Numbered from the stretch's first letter, positions 1-13,198 are shown. The stretch is 64,000 bases of DNA from Vicinamibacteria bacterium (GCA_963668695.2 CAXXLQ010000004.1:544001-608000), one strand, 5' to 3'. The notes: generated from the sequence alone by a model not told the origin. Numbers and translations are program-made.

Positions 1-39
1 GGGCTGTTCTTCGGTCATGCTGTTCACCTGTAACGGCGA

Positions 40-876
40 TCAGTCCGCCGCGGTTTCCACCTCGACGCCCATGATGCGGCCGGCCTGGCCGATCGCGGCG
101 CCGGAAGCCGTGAAACCCCAGAAGAGGCCGGGCACCAGGCCCACCAGGAAGAGCGACACGGTGGCGCCGACGAGGATGCCGAACAGGACGAGGATCAGCA
201 GGAGCAGGATGTAGGTCCCCGGGTGGACGCGGATCCGTCGCAGACTGTTGACCCAACCAAGCGCCGGCCGGATCCGGTCGGTGGCGGCCAGTTGCATCAA
301 CCCCGCAGGAAGCAGCGCTTTGACAAAGCCGGCCAGCAGCACCACGAACCAACCGGTGACCACCAGACCGAAGACGGCGGCCGCCCCGATGAGGCCAGCT
401 CCCGCGACCGGGACGGCAACCAGCTCGGGAAGGATTTCGCCAAAGACATCGGGGCCCACCCCGATCTCCGTCACGGCGCCGACGACCCCGGCCAACACCC
501 CGCCGGCAATCCCGACCGCGATCATCCCGATCAGGAAACTGACCAGGAACAGCGCGCCCCCCACGACGGCCACCACGGCCCCATAGAGGAGGGCGACTAC
601 CACCGCCCGCAGACCGTCGGCGAGCTGGCTGGCCCAGGCGTTCCAGCCGGGCATCGGGTGTTCGTCGCCGCGGAGCGCGCCCCGCGCCGTCTGGACGGCA
701 AACCCGAGCAGCAGCAGCAGCCCGAGCCCGAAGACCGGGATCAGCAGAACCGCGAGGCAACCGATCCCCCACTTGCGGAACGCCATGGGATCGCGGAAGG
801 CGAACCCGAACAGGGAGCCGAGATCGAGACGCCCCCCGGGCGTCTCGACAGGAAGGGTTGCGTCTTCGTTCGTCAT
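40..876 (-). CDS. DUF4013-like multi-pass membrane protein
   Basis: AFRDP..KWGIG..LLIP..GF...A.RG..PMP.W pattern followed by several hydrophobic helices. Confidence 0.7.
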   Translation of the reverse strand: MTNEDATLPVETPGGRLDLGSLFGFAFRDPMAFRKWGIGCLAVLLIPVFGLGLLLLLGFAVQTARGALRGDEHPMPGWNAWASQLADGLRAVVVALLYGAVVAVVGGALFLVSFLIGMIAVGIAGGVLAGVVGAVTEIGVGPDVFGEILPELVAVPVAGAGLIGAAAVFGLVVTGWFVVLLAGFVKALLPAGLMQLAATDRIRPALGWVNSLRRIRVHPGTYILLLLILVLFGILVGATVSLFLVGLVPGLFWGFTASGAAIGQAGRIMGVEVETAAD

Positions 877-924
877 GGTGTTGCGAGACCTCCGCGAGGC
901 TATCCTTTAGCGCCTTTCGCGCCG

Positions 925-3639
<2,715 letters not shown>

Positions 3640-4620
3640 TCAGCGGGCCGAAGTCGGCGTTTCTCCAGCGAGGATCCGCCGGAACACGCCCATTTCGATA
3701 TTCCCGCCGGAGACGACGCAGACGATCCGGCGCTTTCGGCCTTCCTCGCCCGAACGTCGCGGCACCCGGTCGGCGAGCGCCACCGCCACCGGGCTGGCGC
3801 CCGCGCCTTCGGCCACGATGCGGCTGCGGCCCGCGAGGATACGGACTGCCTCGGCGATCTCGTCGGGAGAGGCGAGCAGCGGCTCGTCGAGGAGCTCCTG
3901 GACCAGCGGCCACATCGGGTCCAGCACCGTGTTCCCGCCGATCCCGTCCACGAAGCTGGGCTGGGTATCGATCCACTGGGGAGCCCCATGGCGGACGGCG
4001 GCGGCGACCTTGGCCGAGGTGGTGACTTCCACCGGGTGGACCCGCGCCGGCGAGCCCTTCTGCCGGAGGGCGCTCGAAATGCCGCAACTCAGTCCCCCGC
4101 CCCCGAAGGGCACCAGGACGGCGTCCACGTTCGGCAGATCTTCGAGGATCTCCAGTCCGGCGGTGCCGTTGCCGGCCATCACCGGATCCCCTTCCACCGG
4201 GTGGACGAAGCGGGCGTCGGACCCCGGGTGGGTGTGGGTGACGATCGCCTTCCACCACTCGGCGAACGGCTCCACCACGATCTCCGCCCCCAGGGCGGCG
4301 ATGGCCTGACGTTTGTTTTCGGGCGAGGTCTCGGGAACCACCACGGTGCAGGGAACGCCCCGCTCCCGCGCCATGAAGGCAGCCGCCTGGGCCCAGTTCC
4401 CGGCGCTCGCGGTCACAACCCCGCGCGAGAGTTCCGCGTCGTCAAAGGACGCGAAGAGGTTGGCGGCAGCGCGGATCTTGAAGCAGGCGAAGGGCTGGAG
4501 GTTCTCCAGCTTCAGCCAGATCTCGTCCGGGCCGTCCACCGGCAGCCGGACCAGCGGCGTCCGGACCGCGTAGGGGGCGATCCGCGCGCGGGCCGCCTCG
4601 ATTTGTTCCAGGGGGATCAT
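3640..4620 (-). CDS. PLP-dependent threonine/serine dehydratase family enzyme
   Basis: LKLENLQP..FKIR (PLP lysine), SAGN, GGGGL, VSGGNI. Confidence 0.9.
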   Translation of the reverse strand: MIPLEQIEAARARIAPYAVRTPLVRLPVDGPDEIWLKLENLQPFACFKIRAAANLFASFDDAELSRGVVTASAGNWAQAAAFMARERGVPCTVVVPETSPENKRQAIAALGAEIVVEPFAEWWKAIVTHTHPGSDARFVHPVEGDPVMAGNGTAGLEILEDLPNVDAVLVPFGGGGLSCGISSALRQKGSPARVHPVEVTTSAKVAAAVRHGAPQWIDTQPSFVDGIGGNTVLDPMWPLVQELLDEPLLASPDEIAEAVRILAGRSRIVAEGAGASPVAVALADRVPRRSGEEGRKRRIVCVVSGGNIEMGVFRRILAGETPTSAR

Positions 4621-4798
4621 GGGCGCGGGAGTCTAAGCGGGAGCCTCAATCTGATGGCAAGCACCCGCGTTACGGGGTACGGGGCTCCTCCAGTCTGCCC
4701 CAGACGGCACAAGGCACGCCGACCGACGAACCGGAATAGGGAGTACCCACTCCCGGCATCCCAAGCAATCAGGGCACCCAGGCCCGCGTGCTCGCTAG

Positions 4799-5013
4799 CA
4801 GCCTGTGGTGGAACCCGGGTGAGCGCCGAGAGCGGGGAGGCGCCCGGCTGACAAGGCGCGTGAGGGAGGAATACCGAGTGTATTTCGACCGAAACGCAAC
4901 GCAGAGCGCCGCATAGCGCCAGTTCTCCCGGTGGGGGGGCGGTTCAGGCGGGATGCATCGCCGCTCGAGCCCCCACCGGGAGAACTGGGCCGCCTGGGTT
5001 TCACCACAGGCTG
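4799..5013. mobile_element. MITE family A copy 1 (215 bp, 2 cassettes)
   Basis: TIR CAGCCTGTGGTG...CACCACAGGCTG; CTAG on both sides (4795-4798, 5014-5017). Confidence 0.88.
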
Positions 5014-5033
5014 CTAGAGGACGGACTCGCGAA

Positions 5034-5402
5034 TCATCCGTCCGTTTCTTCCTTCGGGTGGCCACGCAGAGCGACGGTGATGGGTGCGCCTACGCCGAAC
5101 GCCGCGATGGAGATCGCCAGGACCGTGCTTCCCGTCGGGTAGCGTGCCCCGATCGCCGCGCCGAAACCCACAACTGCCAGAACAAAGGCGAGGATCTGCC
5201 CCAGGCGCACCTGGCTGGCGTACGTGCGAGCCGCACGTTCCTCCATCCCATGGCGGTGATCCCGGCGGGCTGCGGCGTCCTTCAGGATTTCTCCCGGGAG
5301 ATTCCCGTCAATTGCTTGGTACGCCTGCATCTCGGAGGCGGAGGGAAGTGGTCCACTGATCTGTACCCGTTGCAGAAACCTGACCGCCGCCCCTTCAACC
5401 AC
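5034..5402 (-). CDS. DUF2335-like membrane protein
   Basis: SGPLP.....Y......I......HR..E followed by two hydrophobic helices; start uncertain. Confidence 0.7.
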   Translation of the reverse strand: MVEGAAVRFLQRVQISGPLPSASEMQAYQAIDGNLPGEILKDAAARRDHRHGMEERAARTYASQVRLGQILAFVLAVVGFGAAIGARYPTGSTVLAISIAAFGVGAPITVALRGHPKEETDG

Positions 5403-5531
5403 TGCCGGATCGAGCGATCCGTCAGCCGATGATGTTGCGGCGAGCGGCGAGTCCTCCGACCCGTTTCCGTTGGGCCGATCTTCAGCTTGGCGTGACGACG
5501 ACTCGGTTGGTTTCGCCGCCGAAAACGTCGT

Positions 5532-5786
5532 TCACTGCGTCGATCTGGAGCGATCGGCTTCCGTCATCGCATCACGCAAATCACCGCCCAACGCAGCCCA
5601 ATCGGCCCACATACCTTCACCCTCGGAAAGCCAGGTTCTCCTTATCCGCGGTCGCGGATCGAACGCGGATGCAAATCCGATAAGGCACGCATTTCCTCTT
5701 GAATGGTGCCGCGGAAGCAGCCTCGCGATCGCCGCCAAAAGAGCGGCTTCCGCCCGGCGCCGAGAGTCATCCCTGACGTCGTCCAT
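5532..5786 (-). CDS. small hypothetical protein upstream of the DUF2335-like gene
   Basis: AGGAAA RBS before ATG; 'DWAALGGDLRDAM' motif often seen upstream of DUF2335 genes. Confidence 0.5.
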   Translation of the reverse strand: MDDVRDDSRRRAEAALLAAIARLLPRHHSRGNACLIGFASAFDPRPRIRRTWLSEGEGMWADWAALGGDLRDAMTEADRSRSTQ

Positions 5787-5902
5787 TTGGTTTCCTGCTA
5801 GCGCTCATCCGGGACTTTCCTGCCTCACAGCAACTTTTCCTTGAGCATCGGCCATTCTACGCTTGAACTGCTAAAGCCAAGCGTGGTGCGGGAATGACGC
5901 GG

Positions 5903-6670
5903 CTATGAAGCCTGTCGGGAGTACACGATCCGGATTCCCTCCAGCGTCAGGCGCTCGTTCACGAGGTCCACGACCCCGGTCCAGTCGGCCACCTGCTGGG
6001 CGAGCCCGCCGGTGGCGATCACCGTGTAGTTCCCGCCGAGTTCTTCCTTTAGCAGCCGGACCATCTCGCGCACCATTCCGGTCCAACCGAGGACGAGCCC
6101 CGACTGCATGGCGGCGACGGTGTGCGTCCCGACGACGCGCTTCGGCGGCCGGAGTTCCACTCGGGGCAGGCGGGCCGTCCGCCGGACCAGTGCTTCGGCG
6201 GAAACTCCGAGTCCGAGCGCGATGGCCCCGCCCCGATATTCCCCCTCCTCGGACACCACATCGAAGGTGAGCGCGGTACCCGCGTCCAGCACGATGGCGG
6301 CGACTCCGTAGAGGTGATGGACGGCCACCGTATTCGCGATCCGGTCCGGGCCGGTCTCCTCGGGGGTGTCCACCGCCAGGCGAATCCCGCGGGCGGTCTT
6401 GTGGTTCAGCACGAAGAGCGGGCTCCCGAAATAACGCTCGGCCAGGGTGCGCAGGACTTCGGTCGCCGAGGGAACCACGCTCGCCGCCGCGAGCCCGCCA
6501 ATGTCCGCCCGCGAAACGCCGGCTCCGGCAAGCAGGCTGTCGAGCAGCGGCGCCATCTCGTCGGCCAGCCGCTCGGCCTGGGTGGAAATCCGCCAGTCGC
6601 AGACCCAGCGTTCGCCGTCGTGGAGGCCGATGGCGGTCTTGGTGTTGCCGACGTCGAAGACGAGGAGCAT
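5903..6670 (-). CDS. coaX: type III pantothenate kinase
   Basis: MLLVFDVGNT, GPDR, DAGTA, GGAI, IATGG motifs; ATG 6670. Confidence 0.93.
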   Translation of the reverse strand: MLLVFDVGNTKTAIGLHDGERWVCDWRISTQAERLADEMAPLLDSLLAGAGVSRADIGGLAAASVVPSATEVLRTLAERYFGSPLFVLNHKTARGIRLAVDTPEETGPDRIANTVAVHHLYGVAAIVLDAGTALTFDVVSEEGEYRGGAIALGLGVSAEALVRRTARLPRVELRPPKRVVGTHTVAAMQSGLVLGWTGMVREMVRLLKEELGGNYTVIATGGLAQQVADWTGVVDLVNERLTLEGIRIVYSRQAS

Positions 6671-6698
6671 GGTTAGTCGCTGAATGCTACGGGAATGG

Positions 6699-7667
6699 TT
6701 ATCCCGTGTCCGACCCCGTCTTCGGGTCGCCGGAGGGGTGGCGCGCGGCGGTCGCGCGCCAGATCCCCGCCAGCACACTGCCGATGAGCGAATGGAAGAG
6801 GCTCGAAATGGCGCTTGGCACCGCAACCAGGGGGCTCGTGAAGTTCTGGCCGGCAAGGACTACCCCGAGCCCGGAGTTCTGCATGCCGACTTCGATCGAG
6901 ACCGTGCGCGCCGTCGCGACCCGGCGCGAAACGAGCCGGGTGAGCGCATAGCCGAAGAAGAACCCTCCCGCGTGGAGCAGGAACACCGCCACGATCAGCA
7001 GGTCGCCCGACTCGAGGATGATCGCCCGGCTGGAGCCGATGATGGAGGCCACGATCAGCGTGATCAGCACCACGGAGGTAAAGGGACCATAGGGGAGGAG
7101 TACCCGGGCGACGCCCCGGGCGTAGCGTCTCAGGAAGAGACCCGCCGCGATGGGAAAGATGACCACCTGAACCGTGCTGAGAAGCAGTCCGGCGGCCGGG
7201 ACGTCAATCCGGCTGCTCGCGAGCATGGAGGTCATCGCCGGCGTCATCAGCACCGACAGACTCGTCGAGACCGCCGTCATGGAGACGGAGAGCGGCACGT
7301 CGGCCAGGGCGAGATAGGAAATGACGTTCGAGGCCACCCCGCCGGGGCAACAGGAAACAAGGATCAGACCCACCGCGAACTCACGCGGGAGATCGAGCGC
7401 CCAGGCCACCGTCCAGCCCATCAGCGGCATCACCAGGTACTGAAGCACCACTCCGAGCCCGATGGGCGCCGGCCGCCGCAGAACGCGCCGGAAGTCGTCC
7501 ACTTCCAGCGTCAGCCCCATCCCCAACATGATGAGGCCCAATCCGACGGTGATCAGGTCGCCGCTGAACCAGGTGAAGACCTCCGGCCGCCAGAGCGCCA
7601 GCAGACTGGCGAGCAGAACCCAGACCGGAAACGCGAAGGTCCCAATCCGGAGGGCCCGGTGGAGCAC
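6699..7667 (-). CDS. bile acid:sodium symporter family transporter (PanS-like candidate)
   Basis: MLGMGLTL, QY.VMP, CCPGGVASNV, SIEVGMQNSGLG. Confidence 0.9.
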   Translation of the reverse strand: MLHRALRIGTFAFPVWVLLASLLALWRPEVFTWFSGDLITVGLGLIMLGMGLTLEVDDFRRVLRRPAPIGLGVVLQYLVMPLMGWTVAWALDLPREFAVGLILVSCCPGGVASNVISYLALADVPLSVSMTAVSTSLSVLMTPAMTSMLASSRIDVPAAGLLLSTVQVVIFPIAAGLFLRRYARGVARVLLPYGPFTSVVLITLIVASIIGSSRAIILESGDLLIVAVFLLHAGGFFFGYALTRLVSRRVATARTVSIEVGMQNSGLGVVLAGQNFTSPLVAVPSAISSLFHSLIGSVLAGIWRATAARHPSGDPKTGSDTG

Positions 7668-7757
7668 CGGGTGAGCTTAGTGGGGGGAAGAGCCGGGTTG
7701 AGTGCTGCGTCAGCCCCCCCGCGCTCGCGCGCCAGGAGCCGCTCGCCGGGGCTCTGT

Positions 7758-8891
7758 CTACCTGCGCCGTCTGGCCGTGAGGGTCAGCGACGGGCGGTCG
7801 CCGCCGGCGTGGACGAAATCCAGGACAAGGCGGCCTTCGGCGTCCCGGTGGGGTAGCGCCGGCTGGTCCAGCGAGGTGAGGTCCCAGCCCGGCGGCAGCA
7901 CGATCCGCGTCCGGGGACGGGCCAGGAAACGGAGCAGCCGGAGGTCCCCGTCCTCGAGCAGTTCAAGACCCGGATTGATCGCGGTCTGGTAAAGCCGGAC
8001 GCGCGCGCTCCCGCCCTCCGGAACCGGGTAGCCCAAATCGGCCACCAGGACCTTCACATCGGCGGGGAGGGGCGCCGGGGCATGGGGGATCGCGGCGGCC
8101 TCCTCCGCGGACACGATTCGGGTCGGCAGCTCGACCCCGCGGTCCACGTCGAGGGTCACGGGGTCGAGGATCTCGTCGGTGGGAATCAGCACCGAGAACA
8201 CCTGAGCCTGACCCGGGGTGTCCAGGAGCAGTTCCAGCGCGAGGCGCAGCCGGTGTTCGGCGGGATCCTCGAGCCAGTAGACGATGTTCTTCTCGTCTTC
8301 CGCCCGGAAGTCACCCTCGCCGGGGCGGACTGCTCCCGGGTCTCCGGGTTCGAATTCGAGCCGGACCGGGAGGGGCTCCGGACCCGGGTTCAGGATGCCC
8401 ACTTTGAGCCGTCCGTCCTCCACGGCGGTCTGCACGGGAAGCGTCGAACTCCCGAGAACGGTTCCCGGAGGCAGCACCACCGTGATCCGCCCCGGAGGCA
8501 CCGCGTGCTCGAAGATCAGTCCATCGGAATGCGGTCGCACGTAATGGGCCCGGTCTGCCGCCTCCTCGATGCGAAGACGCCGCTCCGCTCGTGCCCGAAG
8601 CGTCGTCCCGAGTGAAATCCGGAGCCCGTCGCCGGTTGGCGCGGAGGAGAGGGTGGATCCGGACGCCCGGTCGAGGGCGACGGCCCGTCCCGCATCGCTC
8701 CCGTGGGAGAGGGCGAACAGGTGCTCGCTGGTTCCGGCCCCCTCGACGATCCGATCCGAAACGATGCGGATTTCGGCTCCCGCCCCGATCTCGTAGCGCG
8801 TCGCGAGCGCCAGGATGCGGAAGGTGTCCGGTGGCTCGGCGGCGGCGGCAAAGGAACCCCACACCAGCGAAACGGCCAAGATTCTCTTCAT
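7758..8891 (-). CDS. secreted hypothetical protein with two similar beta-rich domains
   Basis: signal peptide MKRILAVSLVWGSFAAAA after GGAGG RBS; VVLPPG..GRL segment occurs twice. Confidence 0.65.
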   Translation of the reverse strand: MKRILAVSLVWGSFAAAAEPPDTFRILALATRYEIGAGAEIRIVSDRIVEGAGTSEHLFALSHGSDAGRAVALDRASGSTLSSAPTGDGLRISLGTTLRARAERRLRIEEAADRAHYVRPHSDGLIFEHAVPPGRITVVLPPGTVLGSSTLPVQTAVEDGRLKVGILNPGPEPLPVRLEFEPGDPGAVRPGEGDFRAEDEKNIVYWLEDPAEHRLRLALELLLDTPGQAQVFSVLIPTDEILDPVTLDVDRGVELPTRIVSAEEAAAIPHAPAPLPADVKVLVADLGYPVPEGGSARVRLYQTAINPGLELLEDGDLRLLRFLARPRTRIVLPPGWDLTSLDQPALPHRDAEGRLVLDFVHAGGDRPSLTLTARRRR

Positions 8892-9007
8892 CGCGCCTCC
8901 GGGAGCCGAACAGGAGCCCCAAGCGCGACTAGTGTTGTGTCTCCGAGCCGCACCCGCAACTTCGCGGATCCCCGCGCGAAGCGCGGCGCAGGAAATCAGG
9001 ACCCGGA

Positions 9008-10386
9008 ATGAACACCGAAAAAGCCGACCCGGACCAACTGGAGGGCCGGATCGCCGCCTGGCGCGCCCAGGTACTGGGGCATCCGATCCGGATGGCGCCG
9101 CACTGGAAGATTTGGAGGCGTCGCTCTCCGGGCAGTTCGATGCGCTCCGGCAGACGGGCCTGGACGCCGACGAGGCATTCCTGATCGCCCTGAAGCGGGT
9201 CGGCGAACGCCATGCCCCAACCCGGGAGTTCCTGGGCGAATACGCCCGCCGGGTCCTGAACCGCGAGGAGCCGCATCCGCCGGGGGCGCCGACCGGCGGC
9301 CTCGCCGGGGCCCAGCGGCGGGAAACGCTGGTGGTCTTCGGACTCGCCGCGCTCGCGGCCGTCGCGATCAGGCTCCCGGAGCTCTTCGGCTTTCCGCTCA
9401 CGGACGGCGGCGGGGTCTATGTGCGGAACCTGAGCCTCTTCGTCTTTCCGTGTCTCGCGGGCTATTTCGGGTGGAAGCGCCGGCTCGAACCCCCGAGCGC
9501 GATCAGGGTCGGGCTGGCCTTCGTCGCGGCCGCCGTCCTGGTCAACGCCTTTCCGTTTGCCCCGGAAGGAGCGACCGAGTCGCTCGCCGCGCTGCATCTC
9601 CCGGTTGCCCTGTGGATGGCCGTCGGGGTGGCCTACGCCGGCGGGCGCTGGAACAGCACCTCGCACCGCCTGAAATTCGTGAGGTTTTCCGGCGAACTGT
9701 TCATCCACTGCGTGCTGATCGGGCTCGGCGGCGTGGTGCTCATCGGGCTGACGCTCCTCACCTTCCGCGCCATCGGGGTGGACGCCGAGTGGCTGGTGGA
9801 GGAATGGGTGCTTCCCAGCGGAGCACTCGGAGCGATCGTGGTCGCGGCCTGGCTCGCCGACACGAAAGCGAGCGTGGCCGGGAACATGGCGCCGATGCTG
9901 ACCCGCATCTTCACCCCGCTCTTCGCTGCGGTCCTGATCACCTTCCTCCTGACGATGGCCTGGGCGGGAACCGGCATCCGAATGGAGCGTGAGGTGCTCA
10001 TCGGCTTCGATCTGCTCCTCGTGGTGGTCGTCGGGCTGGTTCTCTACGCGGTGGCGGCACGGAACCCCGCCGCCCCGCCCGGCGTCTTCGATGGCCTTCA
10101 GCTCGTCCTGGTGATTTCCGCGCTCGCCGCGGACGCGCTGGCGCTCGGAGCGATCGGCGCCCGGATCTCCGAGTTCGGCTTCAGCGCCAACCGGACGGCG
10201 GCGCTCGGCATCAACCTGATCCTGTTCGCCAACCTTGCCGGATCGGCCTGGCTCTACCTCCAGTTTCTCCGGAGGCGCGGTTCGGGCGCAGCGCTCGAGC
10301 GCTGGCAGACCGCCTTCCTGCCGGTGTACGCCGGTTGGGCGGCGGTAGTGGTCGCGGTGTTTCCACCGCTGTTCGGCTACCGCTAG
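9008..10386 (+). pseudogene. permease-prefix-domain / DUF4153-like membrane protein, frameshifted near 9081-9090
   Basis: ATG 9008 reads LEGRIAAWR; the continuation LEDLE..GLDADEAFLIALKRVG is in another frame; ATCCG is duplicated at the junction. Confidence 0.65.
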
Positions 10387-10407
10387 CAGCCGGTGGCAGC
10401 ACGGCCA

Positions 10408-11526
10408 ATGAGAACCTCGTCCCCGCCGCGATCGCCCGGATCACCGGTGCGTCCTCCGGACCCGCGCCACTACCGCGTCCCACGCCCGGTCATCGCGGTC
10501 GCGGGGTTCGTCTGCGCCCTGCTCCTGGACAGCAGTCCCGGCTGGGGGTACCGCTTCTACCCTTCGCGCGACGAGGACTCCATCGTCCCGCGCAGCGATA
10601 CGGCGAGGCATTGGCGGGAGACCGTATGGGGACCGGGCGACAGCCTGGTGTGGCACGTCCACGACGGTTCCGATTGGTCGCCGCATTTCGGGAGCGCCGA
10701 AGAGGTGGTCCCGCTGATCGAAACCGCGGCCGGAGTGTGGAGCCGGGTTGCGACCGCGGACCTCCGCATGCGGGTGGACGGCCTTGCCGAAGTTCAGGGC
10801 GCGGGGTTGGACGGCCTCAATCTCGTGGTCGTGGGAACCGAGGAACCCGAACGGAATTTCGCGCGGCGGTGGTCGGTTCGGAATCGCGCGACCGGCCGCT
10901 GGGAACACGTCGATTGCGATGTCACGCTCGGCGAGGGACGTCTCGAGAGAATCGCAGATGTTGATGTACCCAATCGCCTGAGCACGGTGATCCACGAGAT
11001 CGGCCATTGCATCGGCTTGTCGCACGCGGCGGTGACGCCGACAATGCGCTGGGATTTGGGCTGGACGGATTCGTCCGTCTGGCAGAAGGATCCGGTGATG
11101 TCCTACGGCTGGGACATTGACAACGAACTGGCCGGCGATGAGGTGATCGGAGCCTCGCTGCTTCGTCCGGCGCGCGGGTGGCTGCGAGCAACGGGAAGCA
11201 TCTCCGGATTGGTTCTGCACGACGGCGATCCGGCAGCCTTCGTTTCCGTCCATGTCCTGCGAAACGAGGGCGGCAGGGTGCGGCCCGGCGTTCAGGTGTT
11301 CACCAGCGAAACCGGCGAATTCCTTGCCGAGGGTCTCGCGCCCGGCGAGTACCTCCTCTGGATCCATCCGATCATCGCCCAAAACGCCCATGGACCCCTT
11401 GTCCAACAAGATGATTTCCTGTCGGACCTCAACGACTCCCTCGACTTGCAGATGCTCGTCGTGCGCGCCGGGCGGGAAACGCGGGCGGGCGAGTTCACCC
11501 TCTCGCGCGGACGGGTCGTCCCGTGA
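10408..11526 (+). CDS. secreted matrixin-like zinc metalloprotease with carboxypeptidase-regulatory-like C-terminal domain
   Basis: HEIGHCIGLSH zinc motif, Met-turn PVMSY, GSISG...G.F...GL.PG.Y. Confidence 0.8.
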   Translation: MRTSSPPRSPGSPVRPPDPRHYRVPRPVIAVAGFVCALLLDSSPGWGYRFYPSRDEDSIVPRSDTARHWRETVWGPGDSLVWHVHDGSDWSPHFGSAEEVVPLIETAAGVWSRVATADLRMRVDGLAEVQGAGLDGLNLVVVGTEEPERNFARRWSVRNRATGRWEHVDCDVTLGEGRLERIADVDVPNRLSTVIHEIGHCIGLSHAAVTPTMRWDLGWTDSSVWQKDPVMSYGWDIDNELAGDEVIGASLLRPARGWLRATGSISGLVLHDGDPAAFVSVHVLRNEGGRVRPGVQVFTSETGEFLAEGLAPGEYLLWIHPIIAQNAHGPLVQQDDFLSDLNDSLDLQMLVVRAGRETRAGEFTLSRGRVVP

Positions 11527-12356
11527 GCCGGGCGGCGAGACTCCTGGGAGCACTTGGAGCGCTCCTGGGGGCAGCCTGCGGCGGCGACGGCGGAGGAACG
11601 GCGCCGAGTGTCGTGGCGCCGGCAGTCCCGGAGGTGACCGTCTCCTTCGCCCGGAACGCGGTCACCGTTGGAGAAGGGGAGACCGCGGATATCGAGGTGC
11701 GGTATCGCATCAGCAGCCTTGCCAGTCCGGTCTCGCTGATGGTCTCCCCCCTGGACCAGGGAGCGGCTCCGGAAGACTACGAGCTGTCGGCCACGACCCT
11801 CGAGATCCCCGCCGGACAGGGGGTGAGCGGAACCGCGGCGCTGGCGTTCACGGCGCTCTCCGATGGCCGGATCTCGGAAGGAGAAGAGGTGGTGGCGCTG
11901 CGCCTCGTGCCGCCGGGGGGCGTCCGGGCCCAGCTTGGTAGCGACCTCGCGGTGACGATCGCCGACGGCCCGGGGGTCCCGTGTCCAGGCGTTGAGGTGC
12001 AGGCGTCCCCGGTCGCCCCGCTGGACTCCGTCCCACCGTGGCTGACGACGACCCTGGCGCTCCATCGGGAACCAGGCGCCGGACGCGTCCAGTTCGACTG
12101 GGAAGGACCGTATATCCATGACGAACACTGTGACGACGATGCGTGCCGTGAACGGTGGGAGACCCGATCCCCCTATTTCGAACTCAACGTGGTCGAGTGG
12201 CGGGTCGCGTCTTCCTCCGGCGGAACGGATCACTCGATGGACATCGAGTGGTTCGAATCCAAGACTGCCCGCCTCCGGTTCCGGTCGGCGGACGGGGCCT
12301 GCAAAGGCGAACCGACGGTCGCCTGCACATCGGCGGGCTGCGAACTGCGCCGGTAG
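11523..12356 (+). CDS. lipoprotein with Calx-beta-like domain
   Basis: lipobox LGAAC; VSF....V.EG...DY.......IPAG....D.I.EG.E. Confidence 0.7.
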   Translation: MSRAARLLGALGALLGAACGGDGGGTAPSVVAPAVPEVTVSFARNAVTVGEGETADIEVRYRISSLASPVSLMVSPLDQGAAPEDYELSATTLEIPAGQGVSGTAALAFTALSDGRISEGEEVVALRLVPPGGVRAQLGSDLAVTIADGPGVPCPGVEVQASPVAPLDSVPPWLTTTLALHREPGAGRVQFDWEGPYIHDEHCDDDACRERWETRSPYFELNVVEWRVASSSGGTDHSMDIEWFESKTARLRFRSADGACKGEPTVACTSAGCELRR

Positions 12357-12387
12357 CTGGTTCCGGGCGCTCCGCTATGCCCTCTTC

Positions 12388-12425
12388 GCATCAATATAGA
12401 GATACGACTTGATGCTATGATGCTA
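12388..12425 (+). promoter_or_regulatory. putative VapBC autoregulatory operator
   Basis: GCATCAA...TTGATGC inverted repeat plus a second TGATGC just upstream of the antitoxin ATG. Confidence 0.5.
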
Positions 12426-12427
12426 CT

Positions 12428-12697
12428 ATGCGCACGACACTGACGATCGAGCCGGATGTCGCGATCGAGATCGACAGACGGCGACGGGCCTCCGGCAACT
12501 CGCTAAAGCGGGTCGTCAACGGCCTGTTGCGAAAGGGACTGCGCGCCGAAGCCGAGACCCCGCCCCCGGCGCCGTATCGGTCGGAGACTTTCGATCTGCA
12601 CTTCCGACCCGGCATCGATCCGCTGAAGCTGAATCAGCTCGTGGACGAGTTGGACGTGGACGCCTTCCTGGAAAAGGAAGCGACGGATCGTCCGTGA
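12428..12697 (+). CDS. vapB: RHH-type VapB antitoxin
   Basis: MRTTLTI..DV...SLK.VVN.LLR.GL; coupled to a PIN-domain gene. Confidence 0.85.
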   Translation: MRTTLTIEPDVAIEIDRRRRASGNSLKRVVNGLLRKGLRAEAETPPPAPYRSETFDLHFRPGIDPLKLNQLVDELDVDAFLEKEATDRP

Positions 12698-13134
12698 TCC
12701 TTCCGGACGTCAACCTGCTGATCTACGCGATCAACCGGAACAGCCCCTTCCACGACCAAGCCCGCGAGTGGTGGGATGCCGCGGTCTCCGCGGGGACCGT
12801 CGCGCTGTGTTGGCCAGCCGTGGTTGGATTCCTGCGGCTTGCGACGAATCGCCGCGTCGTGGTCAATCCCCTGTCGGTGGAAAAGGCGACGGGCATCGTG
12901 GACACCTGGCTCGCTCGGCCCGACGTTCACTTGCTGGTCCCCACTTCCGCGCACTGGGGCATCCTGGCCAGCTTGCTGCGAGCCACCCAGGTCGGCGGGA
13001 ACCTGACCACCGACGCCCACCTCGCCGCCTACGCCATCGAGCACGGCTGCACCCTCGCCTCCAACGACGCCGACTTCGGACGGTTCCCGGGGCTGCGCTG
13101 GCGGAATCCGATCACGCCTTCCCGCGCCCGCTGA
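12694..13134 (+). CDS. vapC: PIN-domain VapC toxin
   Basis: ILPDVNLLIYA, DAHLAA.AIEHG, S.D.DF.RFPGL.W.NP. Confidence 0.92.
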   Translation: MILPDVNLLIYAINRNSPFHDQAREWWDAAVSAGTVALCWPAVVGFLRLATNRRVVVNPLSVEKATGIVDTWLARPDVHLLVPTSAHWGILASLLRATQVGGNLTTDAHLAAYAIEHGCTLASNDADFGRFPGLRWRNPITPSRAR

Positions 13135-13198
13135 CCCGCTGGCGGCGATCAGGTGGATCGGCGGCGATCAGGTCGGTTGGCGCCGATTGCCGGGTCGA

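Noticed and set aside
4769-5065. Recurrent short ORFs with 'PHRENW', 'QFSRWG', 'VAFRSKYTR' peptides as a protein family
   Set aside because: They are translations of MITE A in varying frames; lengths and stops are inconsistent between copies.
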